A stretch of DNA of 27,728 nucleotides, from positions 1-27,728 of the forward strand of contig JADGIF010000044.1 of NCBI GenBank assembly GCA_018985225.1. The letters are read 5' to 3'. A program made the position numbers and the translations under genes. The stretch comes from Amoeboradix gromovi X-113 (Eukaryota; Fungi; Sanchytriomycota). The notes beneath the pieces are model-generated. The model was not told the DNA's origin. It did no database searches and saw only the letters and a list, made by a program, of their open reading frames with translations. This document shows, piece by piece, positions 9,209-19,289 of this stretch (position 1 is the stretch's first letter; each line of letters begins with the position of its first letter).

Positions 9209-10661
9209 TTATACCAGTTTGTCTTCGCTTCCATTTAAGTCTGCATGTAGATATATTTTCTTAAATCCACTCAATGCCGGGTGTGGTGAAAATGGACTGT
9301 CAGAGAGTTTGAGTCTCTTATTCTTCCAGTACGCATACATAATGAACAAAGCTAATACATCAACTACTAGGAAAAACAGTATTCCCATTAAAGGGTTTAT
9401 TTTATCTAACCCATTTTCACTCCGATGTATTTCAGTTAAGTGGCTAGTGTTATTGATCTAAGTCAGTATGAACTACCAGTGTCCCTTCTAAAAAATGCTT
9501 CAACATATGATAGGTGGTCTCTGGTTGATCTATAGGTACCATATGCGACGCATTATATATCTTCATATATAACAAGTTATTTTCACTTTGTATTTCAGCA
9601 GTTTTTATTCCATTAAGCACTATGGGTAAGGGATCATTCTTGAACCCTTGCTGGTTGTTCCAAGTCAGTTTCTTTATCATATTCTCTTGACCGATGTGAT
9701 TGCAGATAAAGTCCTTATCGCCATTAAATAACAAAACAGGAATCTGCTTTAATAGCTCAGGGAGAAGCTCAACAGAAGGTTTGCTCCGATCTGCACTTAG
9801 ATCTCTGTAAACCTTGGAGTTGCATTCCACCCACGTTTTATTGACGTGCAGCTTTTCCATTGTTGCTGGGCTTTGAAGATATTTGTACACTTGAGGTAGG
9901 GCATACGGCCAATTCTCACCACAACCGTTATCTTCAATTAATCTTATGTCATACATATTAGTGCATTTTCCGTTATTTATTATCCTGGTGCTTTGAAATA
10001 TGATGCCAGCAATCTGCTCACATTCAATATCAAATATTCTGTTTGACTTTTTAATTGAAGCTTCACATTTAGTCCATTTCTTCTCAATTTCAGAATTAAA
10101 TCTATCCAACAGTAAGCCATGTGCTTTTGAATACTCGATATAGCTTCGATATTGAGAAGATGGATCCATCCAGCCATTTCCCATTAGTAGCCCCTTAACA
10201 TTGAGATTGTATTTTAACAAACCCTGAGCAATATAAGGTATGTAAGTACCGGCATACGATTCCCCGGATAAGTATATCTCCATGTCCTTAAACTGTGGGT
10301 ACATATCTAGTAACTCGGCCATAAATTCAGTAAAATCGGTGACCACGTCTGCTTCTGAATTTGCGCCAATGCCTTGGCTAAAGCCCGTGTTCAACGGTTG
10401 ATCGACATAAACCATGTTGGCTAGCTTATGCCAGCCATATTCGTTATTGTCTTCTTGTTCGCCATTTACTCTCATAATTTTGGGGCCATTCTCAAGAAGC
10501 AGCCCAACATCACTGCTACATCCCGGTCCCCCGTTTAGCCAAATAACTAGCTTGTTGTTTACATGAGGAATATGATAATAGAAAAGACTGCCTTTCTTTA
10601 TATCTATGTAGCCAGCATAGGTCTTATCCTGGTGTATATAATGATTTTTTGAGCAGGTCAT
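9209..10661 (-). CDS. KEX1: Kex1-like serine carboxypeptidase (S10) with C-terminal transmembrane anchor (exons 10661-9477 and 9457-9209)
   Basis: WLNGGPGCSS, GESYAG, GDKDFICN and ASHMVP motifs. Splicing adds LMGILFFLVVDVLALFIMYAYW plus a cytosolic tail. No clear signal peptide at the first ATG. Confidence 0.85.
9458..9476 (-). other. 19-nt intron GTAGTTCATACTGACTTAG
   Basis: GT-AG with CTGAC branch-like motif. Removal links the peptidase domain in frame to a transmembrane-containing exon. Confidence 0.88.
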
Positions 10662-10712
10662 AATAAGTAAAGCTTGGCCTCGACGTAATATGTTGAGAGT
10701 AAAAAAATTTAT

Positions 10713-11192
10713 TCAGTCAGCAGGAAACCTCTTTACCAGCGCTTTTACCTTGTCGTTGTATGTTTTTTTATCTTTTCGGGCAAATAATTTCGCTGCTTCA
10801 CCATTAGCGGGACTTTTGATATTTGGAGTCTTTAGAAAGTCTCTAAGATTTATTAGTAGCGTTACTATGCTAATTGAAGGCTTCCAATCATTTTGTAGTA
10901 AACTCAAACATACATGGCCAGTAGTGTAAATATTTGGATGGAACAGGGCGGGCTTAAATATAACTTCAGGTGGATTCTGCGGATAAGAATCACTAAATAG
11001 CAGTTCCAGGTTGAAGAGTCCTCCTTCAAAAGGTGAACCATCGGGACCTGGAATTTTACATAACCAGATTTTGAAGTTCAATTCTCCTTTTGCAGTCTTC
11101 TTTGGTGCTGCAAAAAAGCCCGCAGGCCTTTCTTTCCTCATTCCTTTCCGCTCCTCTATTAATCTACTGAGCCATAGTCCCTCTTTTGACAT
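10713..11192 (-). CDS. UBC9: SUMO-conjugating enzyme Ubc9-like E2 (divergent)
   Basis: RL.EERK..RK..P.GF.A.P N-terminus, W.C.IPG, EGG and FHPNIY..G.VCLSLL with catalytic Cys. ATG at 11192. Confidence 0.82.
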   Translation of the reverse strand: MSKEGLWLSRLIEERKGMRKERPAGFFAAPKKTAKGELNFKIWLCKIPGPDGSPFEGGLFNLELLFSDSYPQNPPEVIFKPALFHPNIYTTGHVCLSLLQNDWKPSISIVTLLINLRDFLKTPNIKSPANGEAAKLFARKDKKTYNDKVKALVKRFPAD

Positions 11193-11205
11193 CAACCCCG
11201 ATTGT

Positions 11206-11960
11206 ATGAATAGAGTTGGTATTGGATTTGTTGGTGCAATATCGCTCGTGGAAGCAACTAAGTATGCGAATCCAAATTGGAGTCTTTATAGAACTGAGTG
11301 GTTTAAATCTATTAACAGAGCATTTAGGATCCATCCAACCGTTTTAACACTTACTGGAATAAATGTGGCAGTGTTTGCAGCTTGGCAATATCCTCCTATT
11401 CGTAATACCGTATCCAAGTATTTCACTTGTTCTAATATCAGTCAGTTTTCTGCGCCAAAGCCGTATCATTTTGTCGGTTGGTTATTTAGTACTTGCTCAC
11501 ATCAGAGTGTTATACATCTTGGTTGCAATATGCTTGCGTTCCAGTCTTTTGCACCTATAATATTATCACAAGTGGACAACTATGGATTCTCTGAGTTCTT
11601 TGTGACATCCGCTTTCTTATCATCTGCTGCTTCACTACTGTATAAGAAACGCTATGGCATAGTCAGATCTTCGGTTGGGCTATCAGGTGTGTTGATGGCA
11701 ATGCTGGCATTCACAGCATTAAAGTATCCGCATGTTAAAGTTAATTTAATGTTTATTCCTATTCCGTTTGAAATTCAATCAGGAATGGCCGCTGTTGTTG
11801 TAATGGATGTAATAGGCGTTATATTCAGATGGCAGTCGTAATTACCCTTTCACTTAGATTTGACCATATTGCTCATTTGGGCGGTGTAGCAGCGGGACTG
11901 CTCTACTATAATTATATGAAACTGCAGCCTAAGAAAAAGCACAGAGTGCTATGGCAGTAA
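11206..11960 (+). CDS. Mitochondrial-type rhomboid protease Pcp1/PARL-like (exons 11206-11837 and 11858-11960)
   Basis: SHQSVIHLGCNM, catalytic Ser in SVGLSG and, after splicing, catalytic His in FDHIAHLGG. First ATG at 11206. Confidence 0.9.
11838..11857 (+). other. 20-nt intron GTAATTACCCTTTCACTTAG
   Basis: Removal gives WQSFDHIAHLGG, restoring the rhomboid catalytic His helix. Confidence 0.92.
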
Positions 11961-12996
11961 AATAAGCAATAAACTGGATATCAAACTCAGGGCTTTTCTA
12001 TTTTTAATCGTGAGATCCGTTGCAGTTCACGGATCATAAATCTAGCAGTGCATCTGGTCAATTTCAATTGGTGTATACCAACTTGTACCCAAAGCAATAT
12101 GACCCCTACGGCTTTTTTGGTACACGTTTCTATAGTATCGAGATATATGGGCTCTACAAATTCTGTTTCAATAATCTCAAAACAGTATAGAGATGTAGCT
12201 TAAGATTGAAATTTGAGTTCATATATCAATTCTTTTATTTTCTACGCTTTGCATCTTCCATGGCACTTTCTTCAGGATGCTTAATACATACAACAGGAAC
12301 AGCATGATATGCACATCTATCGTGAATGGCAAAAGTTTGGTCTTCAAACGTTTTCAGAGGTCCGGCTTTAGTATCTTCATTCTTGAATCCATTGAATCTA
12401 TTTATTTACCTCCCTTCCGAGTAATTTAATAAATGAAGCCCATTCGGACAAAATGTCCTCATTTCCAAGTAGGAGAAACATCTAGAAACCATGGTCTCTT
12501 TCCAAAATTAACATTTTCCAGTGAGCTTTACTGTGTCAAACATAATATAAGCGTATAAGTCCAACCCAGCGGTTCAATTGTAATTATGATTCTAATCATT
12601 TTAATTGCATTTAGAAGTTGCGCCTTGCTATCGGAACTGAGGAGTTGATAAAGTTTTATTCTCCTCCATAAGGTAACATCGCAAAAAACGAATAGTCAGA
12701 GCTAACCCTTTTCTGCTAGCCTTGCATTAAATCAAATCTCCTTTAGGTTACAGCACTTTTTAATCTGATTCCCTCTGTTCTGGAATGCCGCAACTGTTTT
12801 CGACTAAAAGTTACACTAGCTATGAGAAAAACTGATGTTCCGCCTCCCATAGTTGTTGCAGTCTTTCGCCAGTTCTACTCTTCAAAACATTTTCATCCAC
12901 TGGTCCTAGAAAAGTTAGGGTACAATTTTGAGCATCGTTTGCGTGGATAGTCGTCTATTTGGAAACTGAAAGCCTGCGGTCACTTTGGCAAGTCTC

Positions 12997-14610
12997 TCAT
13001 TTGCTGATGGTAGAATCAATCAGCTTTATTCTTTCAAGAGGCATATCATTTTCGTCTGTCTTAATGTCATTTATAGCGTGAACTGTATCTATACCATCAA
13101 TTACCTTCCCAAATACACTGTTCTTGCCATTCAACCACTCGCATTCTCTAACTGTAATAAAAAACTGACTGGTATTCGAATTGGGTCCTTTGTTAGCCAT
13201 GCTAACTACATACGCGTCATGCTTTAAACCTACCTCATCCTCAAAAGGGTGTCCAAATATGCTCTCTCCTCCAGTACCATCTCCGTTTGGATCTCCTGTC
13301 TGTATCATAAATCCCTTTACTATACGATGCCATGACATGTTGCGGTAATATCCGCTTTTTATTAGCTCTGTGAAGTTATATACAGTCTTTGAGCAATAGT
13401 CACCATATAACTTGATAGTAATATCGCCCTTGGATGTATGCAGAATGACTTGAGATGGTAAATCCGTTGGAATTTCTATTTTACTAATTTTTAGATCTTC
13501 TTGATCGATTTTCAAGATCTTCTCGTTCTCATGGTCCCTTAAATCCAAGGGGTCGCTGTTGTTGTATATGTAAAACCTGTTATCGCAAGTTGCTATAAGC
13601 ACAGGATCAATAGTTAACATTTCCTGTAAAGTTGGATTATTAGCAACCGCTAGTTGAAAATCGGTCAGATCTGCTTTAATATACTGAAATAGTACTACAT
13701 CGGTATGATATAAAGAGTCTAGCCTCCCATATTCCTTCAAAACTACCGGAATATCCTCATTTAGTCTTAGAGGAATTAATATGCATTTTATACTCTCAGG
13801 AGTTGGCACCAGTATATAATTATCGGTATAATCAAATGTGCAGCGTATTTTGGAACTGAAGTCAGCTTTATTTGAATCATTTAGTAGGTCAGGTATCTTT
13901 AAATCCAATAAACATTTGCCAGTGACTATGTTAAATACTCGCAGATTGTTATCTAAACACATAAAAGCACACAGCTCCCCGTTTTTACTCAATTTGATTG
14001 TAGCGGCAGATGTTTTTAGTTTGCTTAGCATGTACAAATCTGTTTTCAATTTAATTTTCCATTTTAAATGCCTTGGTTGATGAGGTTTTTCAAGAGTGTA
14101 AATTCCAATGACTCCAGAAGTATCGCAAGCTATTATAACATTTAGGGATGTGCTGTAAGACAGACAGGACAACTGAACGCTGTGCATGTTGATTGAACTT
14201 AAGAGATTGCAGTCAAGCGAGTAGATATCTATACTTTGGTTTGCTAGGACAATGCTGCTTGGGGTGCAAAGGCAAAACAGATACTTCAGGTGAATATCTT
14301 TTGTAAAGAAGACATCTAAAGTTAACAAATTAGTAATTTTGACGTTTGTGAGATCCTCTGAGTTACAAATAGTAATCAGCATCTCATTACAGATAAAAGC
14401 ATGAGTTATAGAATTATGCAGATGAATCTTTTTAATAAACTCAATTTTAGGCAAAGTCCACAACTGCAGCATACCTTCAGCTGAGATAGTACAGAGCATT
14501 TGCTTCTTATCGTAAATAAAAACGAATTTAATAGTACTCAAATGCATCCAAGATTCATGATAAGTAGTGCACTTTGGCAAATCATGTAGTTCCAACTTCC
14601 GTCGTTTCAT
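12997..14610 (-). CDS. PPWD1: WD40-repeat cyclophilin (PPWD1/Cyp15-like, spliceosome-associated)
   Basis: N-terminal YHESWMH and WD repeats (KLKTDLY), C-terminal cyclophilin domain HRIVKGFMIQTGDP.GDGTGGESI...VSMANKGPNSNTSQFFIT. Confidence 0.92.
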   Translation of the reverse strand: MKRRKLELHDLPKCTTYHESWMHLSTIKFVFIYDKKQMLCTISAEGMLQLWTLPKIEFIKKIHLHNSITHAFICNEMLITICNSEDLTNVKITNLLTLDVFFTKDIHLKYLFCLCTPSSIVLANQSIDIYSLDCNLLSSINMHSVQLSCLSYSTSLNVIIACDTSGVIGIYTLEKPHQPRHLKWKIKLKTDLYMLSKLKTSAATIKLSKNGELCAFMCLDNNLRVFNIVTGKCLLDLKIPDLLNDSNKADFSSKIRCTFDYTDNYILVPTPESIKCILIPLRLNEDIPVVLKEYGRLDSLYHTDVVLFQYIKADLTDFQLAVANNPTLQEMLTIDPVLIATCDNRFYIYNNSDPLDLRDHENEKILKIDQEDLKISKIEIPTDLPSQVILHTSKGDITIKLYGDYCSKTVYNFTELIKSGYYRNMSWHRIVKGFMIQTGDPNGDGTGGESIFGHPFEDEVGLKHDAYVVSMANKGPNSNTSQFFITVRECEWLNGKNSVFGKVIDGIDTVHAINDIKTDENDMPLERIKLIDSTISK

Positions 14611-14640
14611 AAATGGGCAGAAATGAAAATAATGTGTTTA

Positions 14641-16060
14641 CTAAAACTTGAACTCGCCGAAATCCAGATCTAAAGATATCGATTCTAATTCTGGCTTGTC
14701 AAAAAAGAGCTTCGAATCAGTGGATATGTTGAACCTAGAATCGACAGGAATTAATGCTTCTGCCTTTATATGAAATTCTTTAATCGAAGACGGACCCTCA
14801 TCATAGATCTGCTCTGAGTTAAATTCATCTTTATTATCATTACTCTCGAGAGAGTTACTTTCACCTGCCGAATCTTCAATTGCTGGAGTTTCACCAGTTT
14901 CTTCTGGAACACTCAGACTCTTTTCATCAACAACATCTACGCCGTTTCTTAGAATACCCGAGTTATTCTCGAGTAAGTAGCTAATTATATTTGTAAACTT
15001 GTCCTAAATTAATTGGAAATACAAGGTATCCCGACTCGATATCTTTCCCATAATACTCTCGCTCCCATTTCGAGCATTCTATTGCAGAAACCTGTTCTTT
15101 CAATTTAGACTCTATGTCCTTAATTTTGGGTATTGCTTCTGATTTTGGGCTTGCTTCCTTGGGCTTAAGAATTTCATAAAGTGTTACAAATTTGGAAAAC
15201 TCAGTTTCTTCTATTAATGTTGTAGGTTTATGAAGACCCAATTCTCTTAGTTGCTCGTTCAGTACTAAGTTCTTCTGTATCACTACCTTTAGCATGTTGT
15301 AAAGATCTTCTAATTTACTTTTATATTCCCCTGCAATTACTTCTAAAAAAGTATCTTCTTTTGATTCCTCAAAAAGACTTTTTACTCTGCTAATTATCTC
15401 AAAATCTTGAATATTCTCATCAGAGGAGCTGTATTGTAAAATTTCTTGGCTCATCAGAATCGCAGTCTTGTAGTCTTCAATTGTACATTTTTGAACATTA
15501 GCTTTATTTGATCCGTTTTTTAGCTCTTGTTTTAATCTTTCAATTTCATTGTCTTTAAACCTCAGCTCATCTCTTAGTTTGTAAATTTCATCAGATTCAA
15601 TTTTTTTCTCTTTTATTGCACTCGCCATATAAAATAGATTTGATTTGCTTTCGCACCTGTCTATGCTATCTTTTGAGATTTTCTTACCGAAATCTTTCAA
15701 TACGTGGTTCCTATGTCTAACAAATGTAGAATTCCTTTTAAGAGATTTTTGGGATTCAGAATCTTCATCTACACTTGATTTAGTAGCTGCTCTCATGCTA
15801 TGCCTGAACGAGGTTTGACTAGGAATGCCTATGTTTAAGCTATTATTTCTTATATCAGTTACATCCAAGTACTGATTAGGTGCTGCTTCCGAGTCGTTTT
15901 TATTTATTATTACCTTGCTTATTTTTTTCTGAGATTGAAGACTTGACCTTGGTTCTGCAGCGTCTTTCTCAATAAATACCGCGTTGGTTTTTATTTTTGG
16001 GTTCTCCATTGCTACTTGGATGTCAATTGGTTTTCTTTTTACAGTCTGTCTTTTTGACAT
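14641..16060 (-). CDS. Hypothetical coiled-coil/low-complexity protein (exons 16060-15023 and 15003-14641)
   Basis: The long ORF continues after a 19-nt intron into an ATG-less open frame of about 120 codons, DKFTNIISYLLENN...LDLDFGEFKF*. Confidence 0.75.
15004..15022 (-). other. 19-nt intron GTATTTCCAATTAATTTAG
   Basis: GT-AG with the same architecture as the other introns; joins two long frames in phase. Confidence 0.82.
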
Positions 16061-16209
16061 GGCTTGAACCGACCAAGAAATTCAATTTGAACTTTATAAA
16101 ATAAAGTATTTTAGCTTTTAACCGCTGTGTTTCTGCCGATTTAACAGCTATTAAACTTGAAGATTATCAAGTTGCCGAATATATAACGTGGAGTATTTAT
16201 TTCTCAAAA

Positions 16210-16695
16210 ATGAAAGAAATACCCTACCATTCCAATTTCTCAAGAATCCCACTATTGTTGTGTCTTTATTCTATATGTGGCCCCATATACAAAATGTTTA
16301 TTATTCTAGAATTCTTATCAATCTATATCAAGCTTATCCCATTTACCCATATTTTTATCAACATCCATTATTTCTTCTTCGTTTTGATATTTCCGTTTGT
16401 ATCTGATCTAGACTTATTCTCTGTCATTCTTTTGTCTATATTAACATATTTTAAACGTAACTGGATTGCAGTCTTTAAGTTGTACTGGGGCTATTACTAT
16501 CCATCTAGTCTAGTCTGTTTAGTTTCCGTACTATTTAGTTGCTCTCCATTTATTCCAGTACTGACATTTATTTTTGTTCAATCAATTACATCTTTCCAGG
16601 TTGTTCAAGTAGTTTGGAAAACTCCATTCCAAACTGGTGCATTAATCTGGATCTCCAGTAATGAAGAGCGGACAGTGGGTTCAATCACAGTGTAA
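16210..16695 (+). CDS. Hypothetical small multi-pass membrane protein
   Basis: The frame is open from 16105 to 16695 and strongly hydrophobic. Two antisense frames I translated have multiple stops, so it is not an obvious shadow ORF. No family recognised. Confidence 0.45.
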   Translation: MKEIPYHSNFSRIPLLLCLYSICGPIYKMFIILEFLSIYIKLIPFTHIFINIHYFFFVLIFPFVSDLDLFSVILLSILTYFKRNWIAVFKLYWGYYYPSSLVCLVSVLFSCSPFIPVLTFIFVQSITSFQVVQVVWKTPFQTGALIWISSNEERTVGSITV

Positions 16696-18910
16696 TTCTT
16701 TTTTCAAATAGGGCTATAGTACATTAGATGTTTGTCAAGGCCCAATTGTGACACTCTTCTCCTTGTTAAAAGTCCTGATCTACAAGAAAATCGAGTTTCT
16801 ACAGATAGAATGACGAAGCGAATCACTGCACTATAATCGTTACCCATCAAAAGGTATATGACTCTCTTTTCTTGCGTGGATGTGCATCGGATGTTTACTG
16901 TGAAAGAGGAAAGAGTATCAAGTATTATTAATTACACAATACTAGAAAGATTAAATTAGAATAATAGAGTTCATGCATCGAGATAAATGATTTACTCAAC
17001 TAAATTTGACAGCTGATTGAATGAGAAGCGACAACATAGATTTACCTTCAAAACGGGAATCACAAAAGCAAGTTTAGTGCGGTAGTCATCTCAGTCTTCC
17101 TGACAACTTGCATTACCATTTTAAATCAATTGACCATATTATTTCAGATTTTTGTTTCCTTCTCTATCATCTTATTCATATTAGTACCCTATACCTTACG
17201 TAGGACAAGCTCTAAATGCATCGTGTTCCATATTTTTCTGCTCAATTTGGAATCTCCTAGAGCGTCCTCTCATCGCTCTGCTCTTGCCATACTTGGATCT
17301 TGATTGCTTTGAACAATCGACTTTTGAGTGAACCATGGCTGAAGTATTTGAAATGATTAAGTTTAGCATTAGTTATCATGGACTTTGCTTCATAGAGTAC
17401 AACATGCTGATGAAGTTTTTATCTTGGCGATTCTGAAAATTTGTATACTGATTGTGTGATCCATATTTAGCATGCTCGTCTTTCATTCCTTGATAAATTT
17501 TGATATAAAACTTCTAGAATTTGTCATTCGATAACAGCACTACAGAAAAGTCAAAGGATTATCAGGTGCTAGATACATCAGCCTGAGTATAGAAAATGGG
17601 ACTTATACATTATGACTTGCACAGCGTCTACTCCTCATTAACTGTGTGTAAAGATCTCAAGGAAAGTTAGGAGGTGTCTTGCGTCATGGTCTTGTCATGC
17701 GTAACATTTAGAGGTGCTTATATCAGATATACCATTTCGTCCATCAGTAAATACAATATCATTCTTCCTGCTTTTAAGGATTTTTTATTGACCAAAGAGA
17801 CCCGCTTATCCTTAATTTCTTTAGTTCTTAGTATGAAGATCGCGTTCCAAGCAGTCGTATCAAAAAGGGACAAACTTTCAGCTACTGGACCCCAGTCACG
17901 ATTTGCGTAAAGTTTTTATACTCGCTGAGGCCAGAAAACGGATACTAATGGGGTAATTAACCTTGTACAGTTTATTACTTTCAAAAGTAGTCCAGTTATC
18001 TATGTTTTATTTAAATTCGGGTTATGCAACACATTATGGAACTTTATCTTCGCTAAGAGAACGGAGATGATTCTGGCACCAAACTTCCTTTTAATGAGTC
18101 ACGATAAAATCACCAAACCAGAGGTAGCATTGTTTGCAGCAGGTCTAATACTTCCGCCTTTACAGCTCCACATATGCCTTTGAGTATCTGGTAAAAAATT
18201 TAGGCTTATTTACAGCCTCGAAAAGCATATCACTACCTTTTGATTCCGCTGAATCAGGCTCTCATACAGATAAAAAGAGTTCAAAAACATAATAGATTGA
18301 TATGACATGCGTATCAGATATACAGGTGATTAATTATTGACCGTGGGGCAATAAGGCATTTGAAGCTGAATTATCGGCTTCCAGGGTTGAAACGGTGACA
18401 ATTTGGCAAGCTATCGGATGAGTAACAGATCATATAAAGATGCCAATTGAATTCAATACTCTTAAATTATGCTACTGTTGCCACGCCAAGTGCGCTCAGC
18501 GATCTCGAAAAGGTGCAATGTTATACCATCTGTGTAGTGAGATGTAGTCGTGAATAGGCATGTTTATGCTTTATGTTCGCAATAAAATCTATCGAGAAAT
18601 GATGAAAACTCGACTCGAGTGAACAACTACTATCATAAACTGACTGTCTATTTCTGTTTCTCAGGAAATTCTCGATTTATCCAGCTCGATTGTTCTCTTA
18701 AATATATCATTTATCGCGGATTTTTATGCATTTTTGTATAATTTCAAGACTTTTCCAGATTTTTCTAATAGCTCAAATACTCGATATTCTTCCTTTTCGC
18801 AAATGGTAAATGGAGTTAATAGATTTTATCCTGAATATGTCAATTCTAAATAAATAACTAGCAGGTACAGCATACATTCGTCTCAGACTGATAAGCTGGT
18901 CCAAATACGG

Positions 18911-19134
18911 AAATTTGATGCCATGCACAATATGCGGCACTCTAAAGAAAACCAATTTGGAGAGCTATTCATGTATATAGTGTCATTTGGAAGCGGACAT
19001 GGACCACATGGCACCAAGGAACAAATTCGATGCCATGTATGAGGTATGGTACTTTAAAGAAAACTAATTTAGAAACATACACATGTACAAAGTGTCATTT
19101 GAAGATAGGTAGAGATCATATGGCAGAAAGGAAC
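18911..19134 (+). repeat. Diverged 112-bp tandem duplication (18911-19022 / 19023-19134) of the Fanzor2 zinc-ribbon segment
   Basis: MPCTICGTLKKTNLESYSCI*CHLEADMDHMAPRN versus MPCMRYGTLKKTNLETYTCTKCHLKIGRDHMAERN; ungapped alignment. Confidence 0.9.
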
Positions 19135-19149
19135 ATATACATCAAGTAT

Positions 19150-19280
19150 CTGCATCCTTATTCAATCCCGCCTCAGGGCAGTGAAAGTGTGAGCGATCAC
19201 TGTAACGGAGATCTAGCATTGTCAGTTTCTCTGTGGAAACTCCCGATTTTCTGGGGAATCAGGACTTTTAATGAAAACGG
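19150..19280 (+). ncRNA. Candidate omegaRNA scaffold of family B copy 2
   Basis: Homologous to 6288-6415. CAGTGA/TCACTG and GATTTT/GGAATC pairings are retained, while some other stems are degraded. Confidence 0.45.
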
Positions 19281-19289
19281 GATCTCATT

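Larger units (their letters stand above)
18682..19280 (+). mobile_element. Family B copy 2: internally deleted IS607/Fanzor2-like element
   Basis: Left end CAGCTCGATTG, tnpA stub from ATG 18803 (with a stop and frameshift), duplicated zinc-ribbon/RuvC-III fragment (...CTKCHLKIGRDHMAERNIY) and right end ...AATGAAAACGG. The internal deletion differs from copy 1. Confidence 0.85.

Noticed and set aside
10662-10712. KEX1 frame is in phase with UBC9 across a single TGA (possible readthrough fusion)
   Set aside because: AATAAA at the UBC9 stop indicates normal termination, and 17 open codons in phase is unremarkable.
11011-11205. N-terminal extension of the rhomboid track ORF
   Set aside because: It has a non-ATG start and is the antisense shadow of UBC9.
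12398-12409. 12-nt GTAAATAAATAG (minus strand) that would remove a stop between two short frames
   Set aside because: The joined peptide has no recognisable homology, and the length is far outside the 19-20-nt class.
12560-12960. Frames interrupted mostly by TAA/TAG (also about 2280-2625 and 16420-16640), suggesting TAR-to-Gln recoding
   Set aside because: Conserved genes here end at TAA in their expected positions and have no internal TAA/TAG after splicing. Such runs are expected by chance in AT-rich DNA.
18654-18684. Short resemblance (GTTTCTC..GGAAATTCTCGATTT) to the family B right end, just upstream of copy 2
   Set aside because: It is only about 30 nt, similarity does not extend, and the downstream flank does not continue the match as a nested insertion would.
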